A DNA stretch of 64,000 nucleotides from Narcine bancroftii (lineage: Eukaryota), in NCBI RefSeq assembly GCF_036971445.1, contig NC_091474.1, positions 139,562,001-139,626,000 on the forward strand. Direction: 5' to 3'. Below, one piece after another: positions 49,222-61,645 of the stretch. Within the stretch, counting starts at the first letter, position 1. The number at the start of each line of letters is the position of its first letter. The notes beneath the pieces were generated by a model. That model searched no databases. It was not told the DNA's origin and saw only the letters and a program-made list of their open reading frames with translations. The position numbers and the translations under genes are program-made.

Positions 49222-50459
49222 AATTACTCTTTGGCTGTTGCTATTCCCTTGGAAAGTGCCTCTTCCCTCAGTTTTATAGCAAACTCCTCTGTATTATTCA
49301 AGCCCTATATTCAAACTGCATAATGGCTGGGATTAAAATGAGTGATATTTATATTTTCACTGTCTACAGTGGAAGGGGTATGAGAGGATGCTTGGGATTG
49401 TTAACAAAAGCTGGACGGTAACACACATTTCCTATTCGATAAGTACGACAGGCAGAAGATAATTTTATGTAATATTATATGTTCTGCACTTCTACACGAC
49501 AATAAAGGAATCTTGAATATTATTATACTGTGCCACCTTCATGAATTGAGCAGCTTTTGAGGTGATTTCAGATAAAGGTGTTGTCTGGAGTCAGAAACCT
49601 CAAAAGTACACGACCTGCACATCAGTAGCTGATGTTCTGTTCAATTATCGAATAGTGAAAGCAGGAAGTTACAGCCACAGATCTGTGTTAACCAGACTTT
49701 GTATGTATAGATTTCCAATGCTGAAGACTTGACTCCTAATTTCAGACATTAATGAATGTGAAGATGCTACAAGTCCTGCTTGCCACAGCTCTGCCAGTTG
49801 TGTGAATATCAAAGGAAGTTACAGATGTTCCTGTTCAGATTCCTCACTCCTTTCAGAAGATGGACACAGCTGCATTGGTAATAGTAGGCACTGAACCCTC
49901 CTTTTAATAACTTTCTCTGTAGCTGAACAGAACTAAAATTCAAATACATATTGTAACTCCAACGCAGGTATACAATGAACAATCACATCACATCCTCTTC
50001 CTTTATTTTCTGAGCCTGACTCATTATCACATCTCCTCATGCTGCCAGTTTAATGTTCGAAGGCCAGAGCCTTCACCTGGGTGATAAATAGCTGTGCACA
50101 AATACCAGTGATTGCATCAGTTTCCTTCCTAAGAAAACAAAAAGTTAACCAAATATTTGTACATCATTTTACATTTGGATGGGTTTCTCTGCAGAAGTGT
50201 TATTAATCCTGCACTCAATGACAGGGCCGGTTATTACTGACTTGGAACTTTGGATCATTCCATCATCTTTCCATTGCCAGTTATTGAATAACAGTAGGAA
50301 TCATTAGGCTTCCCTCCAGGATCCTCCATTTCCCCCAACTGTAATTACTCTTTGGCTGTTGCTATTCCCTTGGAAAGTGCCTCTTCCCTCAATTTTATAG
50401 CAAACTCCTCTGTATTATTCAAGCCCTACATTCAAACTGCATAATGGCTGGGATTAAAA
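49222..50459 (+). repeat. 117-bp direct repeat pair (49222-49338 and 50343-50459)
   Basis: aattactctttggctgttgctattcccttggaaagtgcc..gctgggattaaaa occurs twice; 2 mismatches seen. Confidence 0.95.
49746..49877 (+). CDS. tpo: Thyroid peroxidase exon (equivalent to exon 14), 132 nt; Ca-binding EGF domain (absent from the ORF track)
   Basis: tttcag acceptor, gtaat donor. DINECEDATSPACHSSASCVNIKGSYRCSCSDSSLLSEDGHSCI; six Cys, cbEGF consensus; phase 1-1. Confidence 0.95.
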
Positions 50460-50620
50460 CTTTGGTTTGGCACTTCTTGGAATACTGTATGCAGTTCTGG
50501 TCACCTCATTACAGGAAGGATGCTACTTCTTTGGAAGGAATATTGAAGACATCTACCAGGACGTTGCCTGGATTAAAGGGAATGAGTTATGAAGAGAGAT
50601 TGGACTATCTTTGGTTCTTA
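50460..50620 (+). mobile_element. CR1 fragment
   Basis: LEYCMQFWSPHYRKD..LPGLKGMSYEERL. Confidence 0.75.
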
Positions 50621-52867
50621 TCAGGGGTGCAGTGCTATTTTTTTTTAGCTACTGGAGCTCACTAAAAACGGTGACAAGGTCATGCTGGAGTTGCCCCATG
50701 AGGTGCCTGAAGTGACCCTTTGAAGTGCCAGAGCTGAGCAGCACTGCATCCCTGGTTCTTATTTTCTGTTGAGGTATGAGCTATTCCTTTGAAATTTTGC
50801 AATTCTACTGGTCTAATTACTCCCACAATACTCTGGCCACAGATTTAGACCCAAGACAATGAAAGAAGAGCAATACATTACCAGATTGGTGCACCATGTG
50901 TTATAGAGGGGAGCCTGCTGATGGTGGTACTTCCATGCACTTGCTACTTTTAACCTTCTAAGGGGGCATGGATCAAGTGTTCAGAACATGCTGAGCAGAG
51001 TAGTGTTCTCTGTCACATGCTGTATGTACCTGACATGCCTTTGAGGGAGTTTGGACATGAGTTACTCACCAAGGAACACCTAGTCTCTAATCTACTCTTC
51101 TAACCACACTAACTGTATGGATAGCCCATTTAAGTTTAAGATCAATGGCAAGTGCCATGATGCAGAAGGCGGGGGTCTCAACGATAGTAATACCATTGAA
51201 TGTCAAGGGTAAATGGTTGAACTCTCATTTGTTGGGAATGGTTGTTGTCCAATACTTGCATGTTTCAAATATAAGATGGTTGAAAGTATGTATAAACATT
51301 TCTCCCCAAGCAAATATAAGTTGTAAATGATTAGGTAGAGGAAAATATTGGACATTTAAAAATGGCAGAATTTAAAAAATTTTATTTCCAAACATGTAAA
51401 TTAGGAGTAAGTATAAGTCATGAACCATCTCAAACCTGTTCTATTGTGTAATACAATCAAGATTGATCCAACTGTAAATTACACATTATCTGTGGCAAAT
51501 TCTTATCCTCTTGATTTTCAGATATCCATCTGTCTATGACTTTAAAATATTCAAACACTTGCTTGCATCACCTTTTCAGAAAGAGAATTCAAAAAAACAT
51601 AACATTTTGAGAGAAAATCCTTTATCTCATTGTTTTTGTTTGAATGCACAAGAAGTAACATCTTGTCTACATCCTCCCTGTTTATGTTCCTCAGCACCAG
51701 AATATTGTAATCAAGCCCCTTCTCATTTATTGAAATTCTAGTGGATACGAGCCTGACCTATCCAACATTTCCTCATAAGGCAGCCTACCATTCCAAATTT
51801 TAGTCCAGATATGATTTTGTTGTTTCATATTTGTCAGGACAAAGGAAGAAAACAAATCCCGCTCATCAATACTCCACTGATGACAGAAACAATCATGAAT
51901 AGGAATGAAAAACAAAGGATGTACAGTAGAACCCCTGATTTCTGAGCAATCAGCGGGCCTCAAGCAAATGGCAAAAAACTGCAGAAAATAGTTAAAACAT
52001 ATGGAATTTAAAATTGGCATGTTTCACCATTGCAACATGCAATCTCAAGCAACCAGAAAATTCACTTATCTGGCATCTTCCAATCCCCATAGGTAGTGGA
52101 CATGAGGGGTTTTATTGTACTTTAATCAATTATCTGCCTTCAATTCTTCACTGAATCCAAAGGTTCAGAATGTTTATTGTGATAGTGAATGAGTTATTGA
52201 GTTTAAGACTAGGATTCTTGCTTCTTGGTACCATTTTTGAAGAGACATATTTCATAATGATTCTTCACTATTTTGCAATGGATTGTGGAATATCTCATAT
52301 GTATAGATCAAAACATTTTGCATCTACTCTGAGGAATTATTGAATGAAAGATAAGTGAAAGAATATTAGGAAAATGAATATAATGTTTAATAAATCCATA
52401 TATCTGGTATAGTGTCGACTATAAGATGGTTGGAAAATACCTAGACCATCTATAGCTACATGTAGTGAAAGAACTTAGAAAAATGAGGAAACAGGAACCC
52501 ATTGCACACCTGTAGTCCATCTTATCCAACCCCAATTGTCACTTTATACTCAAAATCCTATGTCCAGTGTCATTAGATAGAGCATTAAAACAGACAGTAT
52601 AAATTGGTTCAACAAACAATTGGATGTGTTTCTAGAATTGAGGTGTACAATAAAAGGGAAGAAAGAGATGTTGTAGTTTCTGTAATGTGCTTTTTTACCA
52701 TGTGATTTCTCAGAGGTGGTCTTTTAAACATATCAACTTCATGATATATTTCAGTTTGTTTAGTATTAATTGACTGTTCGGTAGAAAGTGAAAATTTAAA
52801 TGTGTGTCAAATTACCCTATTTGCTAGCAGTTATAAGTTTATTAAATATTTCTCATTTTAAATTTTT

Positions 52868-53108
52868 TAAATTTAGACATCCAGCACAGTTACAGGCCTT
52901 TTCGGCCCACGAGTCTGTGCTGCCCAATTTATCCCCCATTAATCTACACCTCTAGTACGTTTCGAATTGTGGGAGGAAACCGGAACCTCTGGGGAAAACC
53001 CATGCAGACACGAGGAGAATGTACAAACTCCTTACAGACAGTGTGGGATTCGAACCCCGGTCCCATTCGCTGGTGCTGTGGAGGCGTTGCACTAACTATG
53101 CTGCCCCG
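52868..53108 (-). mobile_element. tRNA-derived SINE
   Basis: aaaacccatgcagacacgaggagaatgtacaaactccttacagacagtgtgggattcgaaccc. Confidence 0.8.
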
Positions 53109-53720
53109 TTTAGCATTATTTATATTTTGCTTGCCTGCTAACACCAAGCAAATTTTTTCTTTATGTGCATTTTCAACACTTATATTACTTCAATTTTCAT
53201 ATGTACACATTGATACAATTTATATTTCTAGATGATTTGGGGATAGGATCTTTTAAAAGAAAATTATATTTTAAATCTGTTTTAACTGAATTATAAATTC
53301 AATTTGCAAAACAAACAAGAGTTGGAATTGCTCACATTAAATATTAATTTGATTTCCTTTGTCGAATGCTTGTCACCTTCCTTGGTGTGTTTTCTCTGAG
53401 ATCAATTCCACCTCATGGAAAAGACTTTCAAGGAAAAAACAATCAGAAAACATCTGCATTAATGGTCCCCATCACTTCCTCAGCTGCTAACATGAACTTA
53501 ATGGCACAAACTTTCTGATCTGTTTTACTTTAACATTTATTTCAAATTAACTAATGACACCATTGAAATAATGCTGATTGGAAGATCTAGGTCATTAACT
53601 CAAGTCTTCAGATGTTTAGTAATTCCACCATGTTGCATAAAAAGAGCAGCTTTCCCACCTTGGCATTTCTGGAGAGAACAAAGATGAAATTCATTTGATA
53701 AAAGTAGTATGTCCATAAAG

Positions 53721-53910
53721 CAGTGGTTCTCAACATTTTTCAGTCTAAGACCTAACATGCCATGGCTCACTTATGGTAATGACTGAGCAATATTTTCAAG
53801 TGAAAGGCAGCTCTGTTAAAAAAAAACATATCTTTATCTAATGTGAAGTATTTTATTTAACTTTTTTATAGGCCCACTATTGGGCCTGGCACACTGGTTG
53901 AGAAATACTG
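53721..53910. mobile_element. hAT/Charlie-like MITE with 8-bp TSD
   Basis: TIRs cagtggttctcaac / gttgagaaatactg; flanks ccataaag and ccattaag (1 mismatch). Confidence 0.8.
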
Positions 53911-54339
53911 CCATTAAGGAACTTTCTCAATTTATATCAGTCTTAAAACATGGGAAAAGAGGTTCTGGTGGTGGTCAGTACTCCTCACTCTTTGCTCTTG
54001 GTTGTGGGTGTCTTATTAAGTCAATATCATGTCCACATGATAGAGATCAGCCATTCACACAGGGGGCCCTAAGCTTTCCACTCAACATATTTAAGTAAAA
54101 ACCTTCTTTTCTCTTCACCTCATTTAACATAAATACTTTAATGGGTTTTTTTTTGTGTGTAGGAGATAGGAGAAAAGTACAGAAGAAACCAAAACTTGAT
54201 TGTTCCACAGGGAAGGGGCCCCATAAACTTTGAACAAAGTCCTAAAGTGTCCAGAGTCCTAAAGTGGACCATGGCCAAAACAATTTTTTTGCATCAAGTA
54301 TAATATAAAACAATGAAGCCTTGAACTTAAATGAAAATC

Positions 54340-54570
54340 AATAAACTATAGATGTTGGAAATCTAAAATAAAAACAGAAAAATACTCAGCAGACTGAGCA
54401 GTATTCATGGAAAGAGAAACAACTTTGAGGTTGAAAACCTTTTATGAGAACTTGGAAGGTGAGAAGACCTGTTTGCAATTCTGATGAAGGGTGTTTGAAT
54501 CGAACCGTTAATTCCATTTCTCTTTCTCAGACACTGCCTGGCCTGCTGTGGGTTTTTAACACTGCAGTTA
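54340..54570. mobile_element. Inverted pair of Penelope-like pseudo-LTR fragments
   Basis: Left arm (gatgttgg..actcagcagactgagcag..gaaagagaaac..aacctttt) mirrors right arm (ctgatgaaggg..tctctttc..ctgcctggcctgctg). Confidence 0.55.
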
Positions 54571-54639
54571 ATTCTGTATGAGCAGCAGTCAAGTATTATG
54601 TTCAGACGGGGAGCAATAATACTGATAAATTACCACTAA

Positions 54640-56265
54640 GGTTGTGATGTTTCATGCTGCAGTCTAATAGGACAAGTAACCCTGAGGTTGAAGAAGCTAA
54701 GAAGGTTCAAGAATTACAGAAGTCATGGGAAATAAGGAAAGCAAGCAGTGAGGTCATGGGACCTATAAAGATTAAAAGGGGAAGTGCTTGCTGTCTTAAA
54801 GTAAATAAGGGTGAATAAATCTCCAAGACCTGACAAGATATTCTCTCAGACTTTGAGGGAGGCAAGCGTAGAAATTGTAGGGGGCTCTGGCAGAAAAGTG
54901 TTCTTATCCATTGGTGAGATGCTGGATAGCACATGATATTCAGGTGTTTAAAAAAGGCTCCAAAGGCAACCCTGGAAATTATAGGCCAGTGAGCCTGATA
55001 TCAGTAATAGGTAAATGATGGGAAAATGTTCTCAGAGATTGGATATACAATTATTTGGATATCCAGAAACTGATTAGGGATAGTTAACATGCGTGGTAGG
55101 TTGTGTTTAACCAAACTAGTAGCGTTTTTCGAGGAGGTTAGTAGAAAAATTGATGAAGGAAAGATTGTAGATGTTGTCTACTTGGACTTTAGTAAGGCCT
55201 TTGACAACTTTTCTCATGGGAGGTAAGTCATGAAGTAGTGAGCTCGATTCGACAATGGGTGTATGGGAGAAGTCAGAGAGTAGTGGTGGATGATTGCTTC
55301 TCAGACTGGAAGATTGTGACTAGCGGTGTGACTCTGGGATCGGTGCTGGTCATTGTTGTTGGTCATCTATATCAATGATCTATAATAGTCTGCAGATGAC
55401 ATTAAGATTGGAGGAATTGTGGATAGAGCTTGCAGAGGGATTTGGACCAGCTGTAAAAATGGGCTGAAAAAATAGAATATAATGCAGAAAAGTGTGAGGT
55501 GTTGCATTTTGGAAGGACAAATCAAGATAGGACATACACGGTGAATGGTAGGGCAGTGAGGAGTGCAGTAGAACAAAGGGTTCTGGGAATACAGATACAT
55601 CATTTCCTAAAAGTGGTGTCACATATGGATAGGGTTTTAAAGAGACCTTTCTGGTGTCTTGGCCTTTATAAATCAAAGTACTGAGAACAAGAGTAGGGAT
55701 ATTATGGTAAAGTTGGATACAACATTGTGAGGTCAAATTTGGAGTATTGTGTGCAGTTTTGGTCACCTAACTATAAGAAGGATATCAATAAGGTAGAAAG
55801 GAGTGCAGAGAAGACTTACTAAGATGTTACCCAGACCTCAGGAACTGAGTTACAGGGAAAGGTTAAATATGTAAGGACTTTACCCCAGAGCGTAGAAGAA
55901 TGAGGGGAGATTTGATAAAATTTGAGGGGGATAAACAGAGTAAATGTAGATGGGCTTTTTCCAGTCAGGGTCGGTGAGATAAAAACCAGAGGACATGGGT
56001 TAAGAGTAAAAAGGGAAAAATTTAGGGGGATCATGAAGGGGAACTTCTCACAGAGAGTGCTGAGAGTGTGGAATGAGCTGCCAGCTGAGGTGATGAATGC
56101 AGGATCAATTGTAACATTTAAGAAGAATTTGAACAGGTAGATGGATGGGAGAGGCATGGAGGGCTCTGGACTACAGGGGCCTATGGGACTAGACAAAAAA
56201 TGATGGTTCAGCACAGACTAGATGGGCCAAAGGGGCCTGTTTATGTGTTGTAATGTTCTATGGTT
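54640..56265 (+). mobile_element. Decayed CR1 LINE
   Basis: NYRPVSL, VDVVYLDFSKAFD, HFGRTNQDRTYTVNG, RVWNELPAEV. Confidence 0.9.
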
Positions 56266-57799
56266 TTATATTTCTGTTCCCATTTTGATGTAGTCCTTTG
56301 GAATGATTTTAGGGGACTAGATAGCAATTTTTTTTTTAAAAAGAGGACTTCCAAACTTCAAGGTTCGTTTACTATCATGTAAGCAACTAAACAAAATGTG
56401 CTTACTTTTGTTTGTCCATAAAGACACACAAAAGGGCTCAACGAATCCAGTGCAGAAAGAGAAGCAAAAGAGTCCCTTCAGAGATGGCAAGTGTTTGTGG
56501 ATCCTGCCACCTCCTCTGGTGCTTCTGCTGCCTCCAGTGCCCCTCGAACATCTGTAGCTGCATGGTCTTCCATCCGACCAGCAGTGAAGCCGAGCTCCAG
56601 GCATCGAAGTAACGGTCCTTATTCCGATAAGATTAGGAAGCTGTCAGCACCCGAGACATTTTGGCATTGGCACCCACACTAGCCCTGGTCCTGATACTTG
56701 GTACATTCCAGCCTGTCTCCAGCAGCCTGGTGAGAGTCATTTGGCTCCTTGCTGGTCTACCCTGAATAGTTCTCTCCTAGGTTTCTCCCTCTCATTGGGT
56801 GGGTGTTCTCCTGCTTTTGTGTGCTGTGCTGGTCTGCAACTCCTGAGGAGCCTGGGGTGCTGAATGTAGGTGATGCCATCTTGGGCACGGGCCTCCATGA
56901 GTTCACCATGAAAAGAACAACACCACCATACCTAGTCTACAACTGTATGATACCATGGGACTGGAGAGGACAGTAGGACCATGCTGAGGCGGACTGAAAA
57001 ATGCATGTCCACTCCTCTTGTCCAGACCAGAGGTAGAGCTGCCGTCACCCACAGCTGCAACAACATTACCATCTGTACTCTTACCAGGGTTATAATCTCA
57101 GCATCACTACCAGTACCTCAAGCTAATGAGCCAAAAAATAGGAAGGGGTGCAGTTTAATGCATAGCTGGTACAGGAGGGAGGGATTCAGGTATTTGGTTT
57201 ATTGAACTCTTTTCCAGGGCAGGTGGGAACTGAATAAGAAGGATATGTTGAACCTGAACTGGATGGGGACAAACATCCTTGTGGGGAGTTCAACCGTACT
57301 ACTGGGAAGGGTTTGAATTGGAGTTGAAAGGAGTGGTGACCTGGGCAACAGGACAGCAGTAGAGGAGTTGAGGGGATGGTGGATGCTAGAGCAAGTAAGT
57401 CTGAAAGGAAGGCCAAGAGATTGGTCGTGGCAAGATGAAAGGGTTCCTGTGTGTCCATTTTAATGCAAGGATTATGGGTAAGACAGATTAATGAGAGCCT
57501 GGATCTGTATTTCGTGTTGTGGTATTGTGGTCATTACAGAGACAGGATTAGTTTCTCATTGTTCCTGGGTTTCATTGTTTTAGACAGGATGGAGAAAGAG
57601 GTAATAGATGGAGGCTTAGCATTGCAAATCAGGGAGAGCATCACAGCCGAAAGGATATTAGGAAGGCCAAAGGGACCATGAAATGTCCATGGTGGGCAGG
57701 GTTAAAGAGAACCATAAGGTATTTTAGACTTATATTAAAATCAAGAGGATGACTAGGGAGAGGAAAGGACCCCTAAATGTCAAAGCGGATTTTATGCTT

Positions 57800-58002
57800 T
57801 GATGCACCATCAATAATTACAAAGGACTGAAGCTGTGAAACTAATGGGTTTTTATTAACTATAGCCTGGAACACCCGTCAACTTCATTGACTGATCAAGG
57901 CAGAGTGGAATGGGGAGCATGCAAAGGGCATGGGTTGGATCGATCTCGGGAGCTGTGTCCAGCCAGCAACAGCCAATCATAGCATAGCAGTGGGTTACCA
58001 CA
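57800..58002 (-). mobile_element. Solo LTR (related to 17976-18196), TSD TGCTT
   Basis: Termini tgatgcaccatcaat..gtgggttaccaca resemble the 17976 LTR; tgctt on both sides. Confidence 0.85.
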
Positions 58003-58514
58003 TGCTTTGAGCAAGAGGAAGTGGCCGAGGTACTAAATGAGTACTTTGCATCAGTGTTTATCAAGGTGAAGGACATGGACATAGGGAGCATAATGTGGAG
58101 AATGCTCATGTGTTAGAACATTTGAGATTAAACATCCTCTGGAACTGTTGGGATATATCCCAGGTTATTGAAAGAAGCAGGAGAAGAGATTACTGGGTCC
58201 TTGACAAAGATCTTTGCATCCTCACTAATTAGAAAAAGTTCCAGAGAACTGGAGAATAATTGATGTGGTATCTTTGTACAAGAAAGAAAGATATGGGCCA
58301 GTAAGCGTAATATTAGGCTTATTGAGTATAAAAGTAAGGAAGTAATGTTGCATTCATTTAAAACTTTCGTTTACATTGCACTTGGAACATTGTGTGCAAT
58401 TCTGGTCAACTCATTACAGGAAGGATGTGAAGACTTTTGAAAAGGTACAGACAAGGTTTATCAGGATGTTGTCTAGACTAGAGGATATGAATTCTGGGGA
58501 GTGATTGGGCAAAG

Positions 58515-58912
58515 TCGGCTTGGCCATCCCTCGAAATCAAGGATGATGATCTTCGTTCCGTTGAGCCACAGAGTAAAGATGCCTGTGTGTGTATTTGTTT
58601 AATGTGTACTTGATGCTGCACTTCAAGAAGCGCATGATCCTTCACAAATCAACCAACTCATTCCAATGGTACAAAAACCATGACGAATGGAGCTGATGGA
58701 TTTGTTGCAGTCTTCGACCACCTTCACAGTCGTTGAGTTCAGAGTAACTTCGTCTACCTGCTCCACCGTTGAGGACTTGTTTGGATTGTTCTTTGTCAGA
58801 GATGTCACCCTCGACCTTACTGCCATGGGTGACCCTACCAGGAGCATAGCTCCAGATGGCATCACTCTCATGTTCTCAGGACTGCACATTGTTCTCCAAG
58901 GTGACAATCCAT
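58515..58912 (-). mobile_element. Short non-coding repeat, possibly an RTE-related non-autonomous element
   Basis: Interrupts the CR1; contains ccatgggtgaccctaccaggagc. Family assignment is by recognition only. Confidence 0.4.
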
Positions 58913-59589
58913 GAAGAAGTTGTTGTGTCGGAGGCAGTAAAGAGGAAATTATGAGAAGCATTGATAGGGAAGACAGTAAAAGCATCACACACTAGAGGAG
59001 ACATGTTTAAGGTGAGTGTGAGAAACCTTGAGGAAGATGTGCAGGACAAAATTTTATCACAGAGACTGGTGTGTGCAGGGGCAGCGGTGAAAGCAGTAAG
59101 ATTTAAGAGATGTTTTGATTGACACATGAATATGAAGAGGGTGGAAGAATATCTACCATGTGCAAGTGACAGAGTTTTAGTTTAATTTGGGAGTTGGCAT
59201 TTCAATTAGTAAATAGCATTGAAAAAAATCATGAGTGTAATTAATAATTTTGGCCTAAATATTTAATACTTCTTTTCCTCGTAAGTTTAACCCAGATATC
59301 AAAACATCAATACATTCAGGAAAAATGGGAAAGAAACAAAAATCCTAAAATACAAGCCAATATTGTGGCAACTCTTCCCAGTATTTTTCTTTCATTTTCA
59401 AAACAATTAAGACTTTTCATAATAACTTCATATAAAATGAAATTCACAGCTTTAGTTGCACAGAAAATAAATGATATCTGAGGTTCAGTTTCTGTTGCTG
59501 GTGGCAGTACTCAATTCTTTTCATCTAATGGACAATATATTATTCAACGATTTATACCACATCTCTGTTCCCTTTCTGGTCTCTCGACC

Positions 59590-60420
59590 AAACAAAGTTC
59601 AAACTTCAACTTTACTGTTAGAGTACATATGATATCACATACAACACTATTCTTTATTCCTGTGGGCCAGGTGGAATTTCTACTTACTGATAACTGTAAA
59701 CTGTACTCAAGAAAACGATACACATACAAAAGAGAAAATGTAAACAAACTGACTGTGCAAATAAATATTAAGTAATAAAATAATGTGGAAAATAAGAGAC
59801 TTTAAATGGGTCACTGATTGAGTCTGATGTTGGAGAGGTAGCAACTGTTCCTGAAGCTGGTGGTACAAGTCTCGTGGCACCTATACCTTTTTCTTGATGG
59901 CAGCAGGGAGAACAGAGTATGTCCTGGGTGGTGTGGATCCTAGATGATTGCTGCTGCTTTACAACAATAGCATTCCATACAGATTTTATCAATGGTGGGG
60001 AGAGTTTTGTCTGTGATGTACTGGGCTGTGCCCATTGCCCTCATACCAGGGCACCCCCATACCAGGTTGTTTTGTTTTGCAGCCAGACAGTACACTTTCC
60101 ACAATATGCCTACAGATGTTTGCCAAGGTTTCCGATGTCTTAACGTACCTCAGCAAGCTCTTGAGGAAGTAAAGGCGCTGACATGCTTTTGTCACAATGA
60201 CATTAATATGTTAGCTCCAGGAAAGTTCCTCCAAGACAGTGGCTCACAGGAATTTAAATTTGCTCACCCTGTCCACCCTGATTCCCCCACTGAACATATG
60301 CCCCTTGTTTTCCCTTCCTAACGTCTACAATCAGCTCCTTAGTTTTGATGACAGTGAGTGAGAGGTTGTTGTTAGTACCCCATTCAGACAAGTTTTCAAT
60401 CTGCTTCCTGTATCCTGTAT
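59590..60420 (-). mobile_element. Rex1/Babar-type LINE 3' fragment
   Basis: KACQRLYFLKSL..VESVLSGC; FKFL..LSW. Confidence 0.75.
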
Positions 60421-61099
60421 CCAGCATTCTTTCCTCTGCATCAATTGTAAAGGTTGCTTTTTTGATTAAAAATAATTATGGCTATTTGATCTATAGTTTC
60501 TGCAAATAATTATTTGCTATTTATTGATTTGCACATCATACACGCAATCTGTCAGGTTACGATACAATGCAAAATGCATGATGCCAAACTGATTTTGTGC
60601 CACTTGTGAATTTATATCTTGAGCTTCTGTGCCATTGGGTGATATTACATATTCACAAGGTGAGGCAATTCATTGAGGATCAAGCCAAGAAATTAAGCCT
60701 ATATCAGCTGTACATTAGATTTGACCAGTTCACTAACAACTTTTATTTCAATATTCAAGGCCTTCAGCATATTTTCTCCAAAGAATAACAAAACTATTCC
60801 AAACAAAAGTAGTGATCTATTCTTTCCTGTAACTATACTTTCTCATTTCACATAGTTATCAAAATACAACTAGATATCTCTTCCCATCAACGTTTGATAA
60901 AATTCACCAATTAATCTGAAGGTGGTTCAGATTAATAACTAAGTCACAACTAAGTTACTTTATTTTAAAAAAAATATTTCAGCTTATATTAGATACACGC
61001 CACAGCCCTTCCAAATCAGATTCTCAACATGACTGTGTGCAAGGATGTCCCTTCCCTGAGACGTCCTCTTCCTTAAGGCTGTAGCACCCAGAGCTCCCC

Positions 61100-61455
61100 T
61101 CCGCACCCCACCCCCCCAACTTATGAGCTCTATGGGAGAAACGTGTGCATGCCTCCTCCTGCTCCTTAGAATGAAGTTTGGATTGGAAGAATATCTTGGA
61201 GGATTCTGAGGTGAAGAGCACTGCTTGCTGGCTCCTCACCTCTTGGAGTTTCTCCATCACACCCATTCCCCTCAACTGTGGAAGGAGATCTTGCTGCACC
61301 TGTCTGGAGTTGACATAATCCTTTTTGACTCTGTCTAACTTTCTGAATGCATGATGAAGAAGAACCTCTTGATGTTCTCCTTCGTGGCTTCCTACCAGGG
61401 CACCAGGATGCTTAAGAGGTGCTCAGGGTTCTCTTCTCCTCAATATTCCCTGTAG
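61100..61455 (-). mobile_element. Tx1-like (L1-clade) ORF2 fragment
   Basis: Minus-strand W*EATKENIKRFF..EKLQEVRSQQAVLFTSESSKIFFQSK..EQEEACTRF resembles the Tx1 region between endonuclease and RT. Confidence 0.6.
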
Positions 61456-61645
61456 ATAGCAGCTTTATGTTCAATCCATAAGAAGTTCAGCACAAAATTT
61501 CACTTCCAATATCATGAGCCTACTAATTCCATTTGACTATTATAAACCTTACCTAAATAATTTAGATTTAGCAAAAAAATCATAGATATTTGAAAATACA
61601 TTAAAATACTAGCCTTCTTTAATCTTATGATCTCAGATAAATTTT

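Larger units (their letters stand above)
57090..59190 (+). mobile_element. Highly fragmented CR1 with nested insertions
   Basis: gttaaagagaacc..tatattaaaatcaagagg, gtactaaatgagtactttgcatcagtgttt, caattctggtc..cattacaggaaggatgt, plus 3' UTR-like sequence. Confidence 0.65.

Noticed and set aside
9126-49877. Identity as MPO/EPX/LPO or peroxidasin
   Set aside because: The CCP and EGF exons after the peroxidase domain and the [15 protein letters not shown] motifs point to TPO; no MPO Met, and no VWC exon follows the domain.
59470-59525. Short hydrophobic stretch (FLLLVAVL) as the TM exon
   Set aside because: Too short and lacks suitable splice sites.
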